Positions 17,584 to 28,055 of a DNA stretch of 64,000 bases are shown here, in pieces. Both the position numbers and the translations under genes were made by a program. The notes under the pieces were generated by a model, which was not told the DNA's origin, made no database searches, and saw nothing but the letters and a program-made list of their open reading frames with translations. This DNA is from Parcubacteria group bacterium. GTDB lineage: Bacteria; Patescibacteriota; Minisyncoccia; Moranbacterales; UBA2206. Within the stretch, counting starts at the first letter, position 1, and each line of letters begins with the position of its first letter. Where the stretch lies: assembly GCA_041664225.1 (NCBI GenBank), contig JBAYLE010000003.1, forward strand, positions 15,608 to 79,607, written 5' to 3'.

Positions 17584-18264
17584 TTAATTTTCTAAATACA
17601 CAACCACCCCCAAACTGCTTTTTAAAACATTCTCATTTTTCACTTGAACACTTGCATTGATTGTGTTGCCTTTTACGCCCAGGGAGCTTGCCCCGAAAGG
17701 ACTTGCGTTGCCTCCATTTTTGTTTGTTTGATCCTGAACGCTTCTAATCATATTAAGGGAAATGATATTCACATAGTAGTTCATATTCTCAAGTTTGTGG
17801 ATAAAATTCAATGCTCCATCATAATTACCTTCCAGATTTATCTGGATCGACAAATACTTTGAATATGGCAGGTTGTTTTTTATGTCCGTCTGGTCTTTCG
17901 AGGCTGCGGCGGGTTTTTGATTTTTGCTGGCAGTGTCATCAATTTTTAAATCAATCTTGTTGCCCGTCTCTTCCGCGAGTGATTCTATTTTTTTAATAAA
18001 ATCGACTTCGTTATCGCTATTTAAAATAATGTTGAGGTTATTTTTGTTTTCCGCGAAAGCCTCCTCTACTTTTTCCATCTCTGGAATCTTGGAAATTCGA
18101 GATTTGTTCATATCGCCGTCAATTATATTTCTTTGGATTTCATCCGAATTTTTTTGTATGCTTCTTTGCAAAGAAAAAACCACAAAAAACAAAACTAGAA
18201 ATAAAACCGCCAAAAAACCCGCGATGTTTATCAAAATATTGTATTTTTTCCAAATATTATTCAT
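17584..18264 (-). CDS. pilO: Type IV pilus assembly protein PilO-like
   Basis: N-terminal TM, coiled-coil, C-terminal ferredoxin-like region; directly downstream of pilM and pilN. Confidence 0.55.
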   Translation of the reverse strand: MNNIWKKYNILINIAGFLAVLFLVLFFVVFSLQRSIQKNSDEIQRNIIDGDMNKSRISKIPEMEKVEEAFAENKNNLNIILNSDNEVDFIKKIESLAEETGNKIDLKIDDTASKNQKPAAASKDQTDIKNNLPYSKYLSIQINLEGNYDGALNFIHKLENMNYYVNIISLNMIRSVQDQTNKNGGNASPFGASSLGVKGNTINASVQVKNENVLKSSLGVVVYLEN

Positions 18265-18268
18265 AAAA

Positions 18269-18826
18269 TTATTTCAAACATTCTTTTTTGATTTGAAAAT
18301 CCATTTGGAAAACCATATTTTCCTTGGAAATTAGATTAGACAGAGGTAGATTGACGGCATCAAAACATTCGTCTTTTTCAATTCCGCTCTTAAGAGCCAA
18401 AAGATTATCTCGACTATCTGACTTACCCGTTAGAGAAATTTTGTAATTTTGAGTAGTTAAATTGTCAATTTCAATTCCGGATAAAACCTTGTCATCGAAC
18501 TTCATTAGAAATTTAGACCAATAAAGCTGTCCGCTCTGTATTTTATTTACTTTGGAAACTAAGCTGTTCATATCTTTTATTTCATTATCATATTTCTCAA
18601 TAGCCTTGCTTTGGCTGCTTTCTTTCGTAGCCACATCTGAGCTATAATTGGCTGAAAAAGCATTTATTTTCAATATATAATCCATGCTTAGCAGGCCAGC
18701 GATAAATAAAAATAGAACAAGAAACAATTCTCCCTCCCACTTCAAAAGTACCCTCAGACGGTAGGATTTTTTTATTTCTTCTTTTTTGTACGACGGAATG
18801 AGATTGAGTTTAATTCCCATAATCAA
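18269..18826 (-). CDS. pilN: Type IV pilus assembly protein PilN-like
   Basis: Conserved N-terminal region binding PilM (LNLIP...), single TM; overlaps the pilM stop. Confidence 0.6.
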   Translation of the reverse strand: MIMGIKLNLIPSYKKEEIKKSYRLRVLLKWEGELFLVLFLFIAGLLSMDYILKINAFSANYSSDVATKESSQSKAIEKYDNEIKDMNSLVSKVNKIQSGQLYWSKFLMKFDDKVLSGIEIDNLTTQNYKISLTGKSDSRDNLLALKSGIEKDECFDAVNLPLSNLISKENMVFQMDFQIKKECLK

Positions 18827-19892
18827 GTGCTCGCAGAGCCAGACCGATAACTGTCGAATACCGGGCTGAACTTTCTTTATTAACTATAGGTAACTTATCG
18901 CCCATGCGCAGATTTGTCCATGGATCACCTAATTCTATTTCCCTGTTCAATCTTTTCGTCATATATGGTATCAGCCCCCTCATATTTGATCCGCCTCCGC
19001 ACAAAATAATATTTTTCACTTCAGAATTATCTTTATTGATTTCTCCGTAGAAATCCATGGTTTTTTCAATTTCGTGGATTAAGTTTTCCAAAAGGAACTT
19101 TACGGCCTCAAAAACAGGATTATCAATGCCTGATTCAATGCCATGGGCAATTTTAATCTTTTCCGCCTCTGCTGAAGTGATATTCAGCCTTTTGGAAATC
19201 GTATCATTTATGCCCTCGGATGAAAAAGGAATGCTGGAAGTAAAATAAGGTACCCCGCCATCCACTATAATAAAGCTGGTTCGTTGGGCTCCTAAATCAA
19301 CTATAAGGGTCACGTTCTTCTCGCCCTTGTCATCTTTTTGTTTGACCAGGCTTCTGGCGCTAGCGACTGATTCAACCTCCAGGCCATAGACTTCCAAGCC
19401 CGCCCCTTCTAGAACTTCAATAAAATCATCCACAATATCCTTTGAAACAGCTGCTGTCAAAACGTTCTGCTTGTTTTTATTTTTCGCTTCCAAAAATTGC
19501 CAATCGTAATAAACCTGTTCAATGGGCATGGGAATGTTCGCTTCCATTTCCCATTTGACCGCCTCTGCCGCTTCAGTTTCCTCGATCTTAGGTATGCTGA
19601 TTATGCGCAAAAAGGCCTTGGATTCCGGCAAGGAACAAATAACCTTGTTGGTTTTTATTTTTTGGGGGCCGGCTTTTTTTATTGTTTCCCGTATGATCGC
19701 GCTAACCTGTTCCTTGTTCATGATTTTTCCATCCTCGATGTAGCCCGCTGGAATTTCAGCTATGGCATAGCTTCTAATTTTTTCAATTTTGCCTTGCCTC
19801 TCTAATTGCATCACTTTGATTGAAAGATCGCTCAGATCAACGCCAAAAATTTCCGGGTCAACGCTAAATATTTTTTTATTGAGAAAACTCAT
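18810..19892 (-). CDS. pilM: Type IV pilus assembly protein PilM (actin-like ATPase fold)
   Basis: FGVDLSDLSIKVMQL start, ASKAF/GAQRTSF/CGGGSN actin-fold motifs. Confidence 0.8.
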   Translation of the reverse strand: MSFLNKKIFSVDPEIFGVDLSDLSIKVMQLERQGKIEKIRSYAIAEIPAGYIEDGKIMNKEQVSAIIRETIKKAGPQKIKTNKVICSLPESKAFLRIISIPKIEETEAAEAVKWEMEANIPMPIEQVYYDWQFLEAKNKNKQNVLTAAVSKDIVDDFIEVLEGAGLEVYGLEVESVASARSLVKQKDDKGEKNVTLIVDLGAQRTSFIIVDGGVPYFTSSIPFSSEGINDTISKRLNITSAEAEKIKIAHGIESGIDNPVFEAVKFLLENLIHEIEKTMDFYGEINKDNSEVKNIILCGGGSNMRGLIPYMTKRLNREIELGDPWTNLRMGDKLPIVNKESSARYSTVIGLALRALDYGN

Positions 19893-20009
19893 TTTAAGTT
19901 TATAATGTTATAAAGTTGAAAGTTTATAAAGTATTTTCTTCAATATTAACACACTTTATAAACTTTATGAACTTTAAAAACTTTTTACTTTTAACTTTTA
20001 ACTTTTAAC

Positions 20010-21560
20010 TTATAGCTCTTCCCATTGATCTATGGAATACTCCGTGCCGGTCGGAAAATACGGCGGCGGACAATACAGCAATTGATTGTTGAAATTATAG
20101 ACGCGTCCTTCGAATCCGCTGACGCCGCTTTTGAAATAAGGCTGTAAAAAGGAAGCGATGGCTCCATTAAATGTCAGTGCATATTTTCCGCCCATACCCG
20201 TAACTATGCCAACCTTGCCGGTCTGCGCCAACAAAGCTGCATCCACCGTGAAATCGCTGGGACAATCATTTAAAACTAAGATGTCCTTTTGTGCCACTAA
20301 CCCCAGCATATTGTCGCAATTATAGTCGGCTAAGCGGATATCATAATCGCTAATACCGATATAGATGTCCGCATTGCCGCCCGATAAATCGGCGGCCGCA
20401 ACAGTTACTCTTCGATTATTCAAGCTTCCTTCGAACCAGACGTTGTCTTCGACAAAAATAACTCCGTTATCCACAATATTGTAATTGTTCAAACTTACGC
20501 ATTTTCCCCTGGCGGGCTTACTCCCTTGTATATGTGGACAGTCAGCAAGAGCACAGCATGAGGAAACAGTGCAAGCATCGCCATTGGTTCCACTGTATGA
20601 TCCCGAAGCTCCAGTAATGATTCCTTTATAATTGCTTATGGAATGATTGGGGTTAGCCGAATTAACCGTACAAATATCATAGGTTCCGTCAGTTTTTATA
20701 TTAATCCTTCTACCTACTCCATCACTATTAAAATATTTTCCCGATCCAGCCTCGGCCTCAGCTTTCATGTTGATAAAGTCAGCCGAGATTCCGGCGAAGC
20801 TCACTTCCGGCACCGGAAACTGACGTCCGCCTTCGAAGATGTCCGGACGATTAGGCACGGTTCCATCCGGCCAGGGATAGGAGGGCGCGTCATCTTCCAC
20901 GGCAGCCGCTGATTCATGCGTGTGCACTCCCAAACTTAAATCGCTTCCTCCGTGCGTCGGATCATCAAAGGACGGAAGCAAAGAGCTGACCGTATTGTGC
21001 GCCAATCCGTCAAACCGAATGCCGTTATTGGAATGGACCTTGCCAAAAACCTCCGCTTGATCGCCGAAATTCATAAAGCTGTTCGACAAAAATATGTATT
21101 CACTCCAAGATGGACGCCTGAAACGCACTCTGACTGCTCGTTGGACGTCCGGCGTTTTTACACTCTCTCCCGTGACAGTAATTGTCGCGATAGTTGAATT
21201 AGCGCCAGGTGGATCTAAATGGACCGAATAACTTCCCAGCTTATCCCCGGTCTCTGAATCGTTAAAATCTGCCGTATAATCGCCAGTAACGCCCAGAGTG
21301 GAACTGTCCTGCCAGAAAGTTTTTAGTTGCTGGGCGTCCATGCCATCGGTCGCGTGCGCCAAATACCAGCGATAATAATAAACTCCCGCCTCGGCGACCT
21401 GAAAAGCTTTCTCCCTCTCAACTCGATTAAAACTGAACTTCAATTGCATAACAATATAACTGATCATAGAAACAAGCAGAATCGAAACAACCGCCGTCAT
21501 GACTAGCGCATAAGCTACGGCTGATCCTCTTTTTGAATTTTTGTTTTTATAAATCAACAT
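20010..21560 (-). CDS. PilX-N-terminal-domain pilus-associated protein (large minor pilin/adhesin-like)
   Basis: N-terminal hydrophobic PilX_N-like segment GSAVAYALVMTAVVSILLVSM, large Gly/Ser/Thr-rich beta-rich body. Confidence 0.5.
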   Translation of the reverse strand: MLIYKNKNSKRGSAVAYALVMTAVVSILLVSMISYIVMQLKFSFNRVEREKAFQVAEAGVYYYRWYLAHATDGMDAQQLKTFWQDSSTLGVTGDYTADFNDSETGDKLGSYSVHLDPPGANSTIATITVTGESVKTPDVQRAVRVRFRRPSWSEYIFLSNSFMNFGDQAEVFGKVHSNNGIRFDGLAHNTVSSLLPSFDDPTHGGSDLSLGVHTHESAAAVEDDAPSYPWPDGTVPNRPDIFEGGRQFPVPEVSFAGISADFINMKAEAEAGSGKYFNSDGVGRRINIKTDGTYDICTVNSANPNHSISNYKGIITGASGSYSGTNGDACTVSSCCALADCPHIQGSKPARGKCVSLNNYNIVDNGVIFVEDNVWFEGSLNNRRVTVAAADLSGGNADIYIGISDYDIRLADYNCDNMLGLVAQKDILVLNDCPSDFTVDAALLAQTGKVGIVTGMGGKYALTFNGAIASFLQPYFKSGVSGFEGRVYNFNNQLLYCPPPYFPTGTEYSIDQWEEL

Positions 21561-21577
21561 AATTTTAAAAAAAGTTT

Positions 21578-22213
21578 TTATATTCCAAACCGATCATGAT
21601 CATTTAAATTTCTCATTTCCGCAAAAGATTGGATCTGCACATTGTCCGGCGCGTGGTTTGGATCGATATTCACATGTAAGGTGACTCGTACCAATCTGAC
21701 ATTAGGAACCGTGGCCGGCGTTGCAATCGGATTATTAACACTATCTTCTGGATAACTTGAATCATAATAAGCAAAAATTGGATTTCCCGTAGTATTAACG
21801 ACACGAGAAATAATGACTTGAGTCGTCCCGTCGCCTGACGCGTAAGTGATTGGAAAGCTGGAAGACGGCTCGCGAACTCCCAAAATAACATCTGACCCAC
21901 TGCGATATATATGGATCCTTTCCGTGACGCCGTCCCGATCATAATCGCAATAAACCACTATGTCATTGTCATTAGCAGAAACAACCGGGTAGGAACCATT
22001 GTCGCTTTGCCGCACTTCACGCAAGTAGCGCACAATCTGATTAACTCCCTGAGAAGCAGCCATAGACACTTGCCCCATTTCCAAAGTATATTTATTCTGT
22101 TGCCAAGAATTTTTAAACAGCATGGTAAAACCCAAAATGCCAATGGTAAATATAGCTATCGCCAGTAGCATCTCGATTATAGTCATTCCCTTGTAATTTT
22201 GTTTTTTCATCAT
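21578..22213 (-). CDS. Prepilin-type N-terminal cleavage/methylation domain protein (minor pilin, PilW-like)
   Basis: KG|MTIIEMLLAIAIFTIGILG class III signal. Confidence 0.7.
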   Translation of the reverse strand: MMKKQNYKGMTIIEMLLAIAIFTIGILGFTMLFKNSWQQNKYTLEMGQVSMAASQGVNQIVRYLREVRQSDNGSYPVVSANDNDIVVYCDYDRDGVTERIHIYRSGSDVILGVREPSSSFPITYASGDGTTQVIISRVVNTTGNPIFAYYDSSYPEDSVNNPIATPATVPNVRLVRVTLHVNIDPNHAPDNVQIQSFAEMRNLNDHDRFGI

Positions 22214-23583
22214 GTTTGCAAGTCAAGTTCAACTGTTTTTTCTTTTAACTCATTTTCATTGATAGTCACGCTTTCCGAATAATCAACCAATCCATCCGCC
22301 GTAACTGCAAGAGTATAATCACCATCCGTAAATGATACATCATCAGATCGCGGGAAAAAAGCCAGTCCATCTTTTGAGGTAACTGCGGTTTTATCATAGC
22401 CAGAACCATTAGTTAAACGAACGCTCGCCCCCTCCAACAGGCTGAGATCGTCCGCTCTAGAAATTGTCACTAGGAGAGCAGCCACATCTTTGCGGCTAAC
22501 TTTCACATTCATATCCAATGATCCTCCTGGCGCCAAAACGGCCGGCGAAACCGGATCGTACCCAACAACTTCATAGTCAGAATCATTAAGAGTAAAGGTG
22601 TAATTACCGGGATCGATAGAGCTGAAATTTTTTTCTCCGCTGGAATTAGTAGTATAATCCGCATCAGTGCTGTATTTAGGAACAGCCGGTGCCATCGGAT
22701 CTGCGTTATATTCGGTTCCGATTTGTCTTCCGCCGATAAGATGAAAATCGATATCCGGTACGCTATCTCCCTTGTAATCCTTTGTCTTTATGGATAAATC
22801 AGACAATTCATTCTGATAAATATTAATTGTATTCAAACCACCAGCCACCACAGAGGCATTCTCCGGAATAGGATTGTAACTAGTATCGGGATACGGAGGC
22901 AAGGAGGCAATGGTTTCATATCCGCTTTTTGTAACAGTAATAACGTATTTTTTTATTGATTCAGAAAGTCCAACCATCATCAGTCGCCCATAATTATCAG
23001 TAGAGTGTGTTTCATCGAGACCAGTATCACTATTTTGGATGCGAACCAAGCTCTGAGGAATAATCCCTCCCCCCTTGTCGCTGCTAACATTAATTACCAA
23101 AACGCCCTTGTTAGCTGTCGGCTGTTCGACGCCAGCCGGAACAAAACGAGAATTCATAGAGACTTTATATTGCCCGTTATTCCATGATACCGTTATTTTC
23201 ACATATTTATAATCAATAAAATCAACGTCATTCGGACTGCCACCCAATGTTCCGTCAAATGGATCGTCCTCATTTTTTATTTGCGTTAAAACATTGAAGC
23301 TTGCCCCGTTCCTGACAATATCTTCACTTTCATGCAGATTTCCGGCCGGATCGCCAGTGGTGTGAGCTATATCATCAAAGGCCAAGTTTCGCACAATCTC
23401 CATTTTTTCATTCGCCAAAGCTAACGCTGCCAAACGATTCTTGGAATTGATGATATACTGGGTACCCAAAGAATAAGAGCGATAAAAAGTTACCGTTACA
23501 ATAGAAAAGATAAACAGAAAAATCAAAGCCTCAATTAAAGTAAACGCTGGCCTAATTTTGTTTTTTGTTTTTTGTTTTTTCAT
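22210..23583 (-). CDS. Prepilin-type N-terminal domain protein, large (PilV-like minor pilin / tip-adhesin candidate)
   Basis: A|FTLIEALIFLFIFSIV class III signal followed by ~420 aa of beta-rich domains. Confidence 0.65.
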   Translation of the reverse strand: MKKQKTKNKIRPAFTLIEALIFLFIFSIVTVTFYRSYSLGTQYIINSKNRLAALALANEKMEIVRNLAFDDIAHTTGDPAGNLHESEDIVRNGASFNVLTQIKNEDDPFDGTLGGSPNDVDFIDYKYVKITVSWNNGQYKVSMNSRFVPAGVEQPTANKGVLVINVSSDKGGGIIPQSLVRIQNSDTGLDETHSTDNYGRLMMVGLSESIKKYVITVTKSGYETIASLPPYPDTSYNPIPENASVVAGGLNTINIYQNELSDLSIKTKDYKGDSVPDIDFHLIGGRQIGTEYNADPMAPAVPKYSTDADYTTNSSGEKNFSSIDPGNYTFTLNDSDYEVVGYDPVSPAVLAPGGSLDMNVKVSRKDVAALLVTISRADDLSLLEGASVRLTNGSGYDKTAVTSKDGLAFFPRSDDVSFTDGDYTLAVTADGLVDYSESVTINENELKEKTVELDLQT

Positions 23584-24803
23584 TTGATATTTTCCAACAC
23601 GCTGTACATCGGTTGCAAAATGGAAATCGCGAAAAAACCGACTGCGCTGCCGATAATAATCATCAGGACCGGTTCGATTATGGAGGATAGATTTTTGGTT
23701 TGCTGATCAACTTCAGCTTCATAGAATTCCGCCAGTTTCATCAGCACCATTTCAGTTTTTCCCGTTTCTTCTCCCACTTCGATCATTTGCGGCACCAGGA
23801 TCGGAAATATTTTCTTTTCCTCATAAAAAAGTTTACTTAAATTTACTCCCTTTTGAATGTTTTCCGCCGCGTTTTCCAGCGCCCTTTTATAATAAAAGTT
23901 TGTAAGCGTCCGGGAAAGTATTTTTAGGGCTTCAACTACTGACACGCCGCTTTTCAAAAGCGAACTATAAATTCTGGCGAAACGCGCGCAATTCACCTTA
24001 ATGACGATATTTTTCACCACTGGAATGCGAATAGCCAGAAAACCGAATATTTTTTTACCGATTGGGGTGGTTGTGAGAACCTTCAGACCAAGCGCTAAGG
24101 CAATCATCCCAAAAATCAAGATCAGGTAGTGATATTTCATAAAATCACTGGCGCTGATGATAAACTGGGTCGTTGGCGGTAAGTTGGCATTCAGGTCTTT
24201 GAACACTCCCGTTATTTGCGGCACCACAAAAATCATCATCAGCACTCCGATGCCCATCATTGCCACAAGTATGACTGCGGGATAAGTCATAGCGCCTTTG
24301 ACCTTGCTGATAATTTCATGCTCTTTTTCCAGCTGGCCAGCTAAAATATTAAGCACTTCTTCCAGATTTCCGCTGGCTTCACCGACACGGACCATATTGA
24401 CAAAAAGCTCATTAAAAATTCCGGGATATTTAGTCAGTGAATCAGCAAATGTATTCCCGGATTGCAAGCCTTCTTGGATATCTTCCAAAACCTTTATAAA
24501 TCTTTTATTTTTGGTTTGCGAGGTGATATTTTTTATGGCGCGCGAAAGCGGCAAACCGGAGGAGATCATCACACTCAGATTTCTGGCAAACATCATTTTT
24601 TCGCTGACCGGAATGCTGGAAAAACGATCAAGAAAATTAACTTTTGCCTTGTCGTTTTTTTCTTCCTCTAAAACTTTAAAGGAAGTCAGAATAAAATTTT
24701 CCGATCTCAACTGATTGGCCAGATCTCTTTCGTCTTTGACGTTCATTTCTCCCCCTTTTGTTTCTCCGGAAAAACTTTTCGCTGTATAAACTACTTTGGG
24801 CAT
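23580..24803 (-). CDS. pilC: Type IV pilus platform protein PilC (GspF family)
   Basis: Two T2SSF repeats and three TM segments; ~400 aa. Confidence 0.8.
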   Translation of the reverse strand: MPKVVYTAKSFSGETKGGEMNVKDERDLANQLRSENFILTSFKVLEEEKNDKAKVNFLDRFSSIPVSEKMMFARNLSVMISSGLPLSRAIKNITSQTKNKRFIKVLEDIQEGLQSGNTFADSLTKYPGIFNELFVNMVRVGEASGNLEEVLNILAGQLEKEHEIISKVKGAMTYPAVILVAMMGIGVLMMIFVVPQITGVFKDLNANLPPTTQFIISASDFMKYHYLILIFGMIALALGLKVLTTTPIGKKIFGFLAIRIPVVKNIVIKVNCARFARIYSSLLKSGVSVVEALKILSRTLTNFYYKRALENAAENIQKGVNLSKLFYEEKKIFPILVPQMIEVGEETGKTEMVLMKLAEFYEAEVDQQTKNLSSIIEPVLMIIIGSAVGFFAISILQPMYSVLENIK

Positions 24804-24869
24804 ACTAATTTTTATTTTGTGTATTTATTTTAGTTATAGCCATGAACTCCGTCAACTGTGAACAGCAAA

Positions 24870-26624
24870 TCATTCTTTAGTTACTCTCAAAACTTCTTCT
24901 ACTGAAGTGATGCCCTGGATCGCCTTGGCAAATCCGTCTTCGACCATCGTTAGCATGCCCTTTTCCTTGGCTTTATTTTCCATATCAGTCGCCTCCGCTT
25001 TCTGAGAAATCATTTTTTCAATTTCGTCATCCACTTCCAAAACTTCATAAATTCCCAACCTTCCCTTATATCCGGTGCCGCTGCATTGTTCACAGCCGGC
25101 CGGTTTGAAAAATTTGATATCCATCCATTTAGCCTTTTCATCGAGTTTGCCTTTCAAAATTTCTACTTTTCTTAAATTCTTCAAAATCGCCTCCATATCG
25201 AAAGCTTCTTCAAAATTTTTCAGCATTTTATCATTCAACTTATATTCTTTGCGGCAATCCGGGCAAAGCTTTCGCACCAGCCGCTGAGCGATGACAACAT
25301 TGAGCGTCGACGCGACCAAAAACGGTTCCGCTCCCATGTCGATCAGCCGGGGCAATGTTCCGGCGGCGCTATTGGTATGCAAAGTGGAAAGCACTAAATG
25401 GCCCGTCATAGCGGCTTGGATTGCCATTTCCATGGTTTCTTTATCGCGAATTTCACCTACCATAATGATGTCTGGATCCTGACGCAAAAGAGAACGCAGC
25501 CCTGCCGCGAAAGTCAGACCGACTTTCGGATAAATTTGCGTCTGATTTATCCGCGGCATCCGATATTCCACCGGATCTTCTACTGTACTGATGTTTACAT
25601 CCGGCTGATTTAGAATATCCATGATCGTGTACAGTGTCGTGGTTTTCCCTGATCCGGTCGGGCCAGTGACCAAGATCATGCCGTTTGGCTTTTTTATCTG
25701 CCGATGCATTATTTCCAATCCATATCCGTATAGCCCCATTTTTTCCATAGTCAGGCCCTTGGAAGATTCATCCAGAAGACGCATTACGATTTTTTCTCCG
25801 TCAAATATCGGCAAAATGCTTACCCGGAAAGAAATCCGGGTGCCCTCTTTTTCAATTTTGAATCTGCCGTCTTGCGGAACGCGGTGTTCATCCAGTTTTA
25901 AATTCGAGAGAACTTTGATACGCGCAATAATTCCTTGGGCAACCTGCTTAGGCAGGGTCATGGCGTCATGCAAAATTCCGTCAATCCGATAACGGACGCG
26001 CACTTCTTTTTCATCCGGTTCAATATGAATATCACTGGCTGATTGCAAAATCGCGTGCTTGATCAAGGTATCGACAATTTTAATGATTGGCAATCCCTGC
26101 GCGATTTTTTCCAAATCTTCCTCGGCCTCGTCGAGCCCGGCTTCATCCGCATTTTTGCTGATGATGTCGCCGAACTCAGCCTTAAGGCTTTTTTCGTATT
26201 GCTTCAGAACGACGCTGATGCTTTCTTCTGAAGTTAGACAGGTTACAATCTTGAGTCCGGTTTTTTTGCGGATGAAATCAATCGTTTGGATATCTTCCGG
26301 ATTAAGCATAGCAATTTTCAAGTTTTGCCCTTCTTTGGCAAAAGCAATAATATTGTATTTTTTCGCAATCGGTTCTGGAACAATTTGCAAAATGTCCGCG
26401 GGTATCATTTCCTTAGTAAGATCCACGAAGGGCACGCCTAAAATATATGCATACAACTTGCGCAATTGGACTTCCAGAATTAATTTTTTTTCAACCAAAA
26501 GCTCGCCCAGCCTTTTGTCTCCGTTTTGAGCTTCTTCAAATGCCGCTTCCAACTCCTCATCCTTTACCATGCCGGCATCTTTGATAAAATCTCTTAGTTG
26601 TGTGTTTTCGATCCGCATTAGCAA
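24870..26624 (-). CDS. pilB: Type IV pilus assembly ATPase PilB (GspE family)
   Basis: N-terminal GSPII_E_N domain, Walker A GPTGSGKTTTLY, Asp box, His box, tetracysteine motif CPDC...CEQC. Confidence 0.85.
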   Translation of the reverse strand: MLMRIENTQLRDFIKDAGMVKDEELEAAFEEAQNGDKRLGELLVEKKLILEVQLRKLYAYILGVPFVDLTKEMIPADILQIVPEPIAKKYNIIAFAKEGQNLKIAMLNPEDIQTIDFIRKKTGLKIVTCLTSEESISVVLKQYEKSLKAEFGDIISKNADEAGLDEAEEDLEKIAQGLPIIKIVDTLIKHAILQSASDIHIEPDEKEVRVRYRIDGILHDAMTLPKQVAQGIIARIKVLSNLKLDEHRVPQDGRFKIEKEGTRISFRVSILPIFDGEKIVMRLLDESSKGLTMEKMGLYGYGLEIMHRQIKKPNGMILVTGPTGSGKTTTLYTIMDILNQPDVNISTVEDPVEYRMPRINQTQIYPKVGLTFAAGLRSLLRQDPDIIMVGEIRDKETMEMAIQAAMTGHLVLSTLHTNSAAGTLPRLIDMGAEPFLVASTLNVVIAQRLVRKLCPDCRKEYKLNDKMLKNFEEAFDMEAILKNLRKVEILKGKLDEKAKWMDIKFFKPAGCEQCSGTGYKGRLGIYEVLEVDDEIEKMISQKAEATDMENKAKEKGMLTMVEDGFAKAIQGITSVEEVLRVTKE

Positions 26625-26628
26625 TTTC

Positions 26629-27003
26629 TTACATTTTTAATGTCGATTTTATTTTTTTCACGATATCCTCGAGTTTATAATTTGATTTGACAAGATAAGT
26701 ACTGGCTCCATTTTCAAAAGCCTTTTCTATGTCCTCCGGGCCTTCCAGATTGGTGAGCAATATGACTGGAATTCTTTTGGTCTGTTCGGATTGCTTCAGC
26801 TCCGCCAAAACTTCGTAACCGTCTTTTTTGGGTAAAATTATATCCAGCAAAATCAGATCTGGCTTTTCTTCTTGGGCCATTGCCAGGCCCTTTTCTCCAT
26901 CCAAAGCGCTGATGACTTCGAAATTTTCCTCCTCAAGAAACTCGCTTAAAGATTTTTGCAAAGACACTTCGTCTTCGATCACCAGGATTTTTTTATTATC
27001 CAT
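26629..27003 (-). CDS. Response regulator, receiver domain only (CheY/PilH-like)
   Basis: DD...D...K pattern: LVIEDE, LILLDIILP, TNLEG, K near C-terminus; no output domain. Confidence 0.8.
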   Translation of the reverse strand: MDNKKILVIEDEVSLQKSLSEFLEEENFEVISALDGEKGLAMAQEEKPDLILLDIILPKKDGYEVLAELKQSEQTKRIPVILLTNLEGPEDIEKAFENGASTYLVKSNYKLEDIVKKIKSTLKM

Positions 27004-27036
27004 ACTTTTTTAAAATAAGAATTAATTATTTTTCGA

Positions 27037-27975
27037 TTAGCTGACTGCCGGCAGAGAAAAACTAAAGGTGGTACCGATATTTTCTTTTGATTGAAACCAT
27101 ATTTTGCCTCCCGACTGTTCCACGATGTTTTTCGCTATATATAAACCCAGACCCGTTCCTTCGGTTTGATATTTTACTACATTATCGCTTCTGAAAAATT
27201 TGTTAAAAACCATTTTTTGCTGAGACGCTGGAATTCCCACCCCATTGTCTTGTATGGAAAAAATTAGATCCTTACCATCTTTTTTAATTTTAATTTCAAT
27301 TTTTCCTTTATTATTGCTGTACTTCAAGGCGTTGCTGATCAAGTTTTCTACTGCCAGCCCCAGCTTTTCAGCATCACCCAATATCAAACATTTAGACCGG
27401 CATTTCTTGAAGACAACTTGCAAATTTTTTGATTGAATCAGAGGGCTAAGTGTCTTTGTTATTTCATCCACGATTGCGAATAAATCTATCTTATCTTTTT
27501 TCAGTGTTAGCTTGCCTTGATCAATTCTGGCTACATCCAAAAGATCGCTTACTAGTCTGGCCATGCGACCGCTCAAAAGCGAAATACTGTTCAAGCTCTC
27601 CAGTTGTTTTTCATTCAGGCCTCCCCCACGCTTCTTAATAAGCAACTCAATTTCCCACAGAATCGCCGAGAGCGGAGTGCGCAATTGGTGCGAAGCCACA
27701 AAAACAAATTCGGTTTTCATCTTATTCACCCTGGCCATCTGCTCAATCTCCTGGATCACAGAGTTTCCAATTGAAAAAATAGTTACTACCACCACACATT
27801 CCGCGATCACCAGAATACTGGGATTATCATAATTCCTGGAGATATAAAAAGTAGCGGTCATGGCGATAATCGTGATCAAGCCCATCAGCATAAACAAAAA
27901 ACTCGGGGTCTGCCAGACACTAACGCCTAATTCTTCGGCCTGTTTCTTTATATTTAGATCATTGATAATCCTCAC
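27037..27975 (-). CDS. Sensor histidine kinase (two TM, HisKA + HATPase_c)
   Basis: H-box ASHQLRTPLSAI, N box, G1/G2 boxes DNGVGI...GTGLGLYIAKNIV. Confidence 0.8.
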   Translation of the reverse strand: MRIINDLNIKKQAEELGVSVWQTPSFLFMLMGLITIIAMTATFYISRNYDNPSILVIAECVVVVTIFSIGNSVIQEIEQMARVNKMKTEFVFVASHQLRTPLSAILWEIELLIKKRGGGLNEKQLESLNSISLLSGRMARLVSDLLDVARIDQGKLTLKKDKIDLFAIVDEITKTLSPLIQSKNLQVVFKKCRSKCLILGDAEKLGLAVENLISNALKYSNNKGKIEIKIKKDGKDLIFSIQDNGVGIPASQQKMVFNKFFRSDNVVKYQTEGTGLGLYIAKNIVEQSGGKIWFQSKENIGTTFSFSLPAVS

Positions 27976-28055
27976 TCTTTTTTGATGTTTATCTTTATTT
28001 TACTAATACAATTATACCATAAAAAAGGAAGTTGGGTAAGCGAACCCTATAGTTA

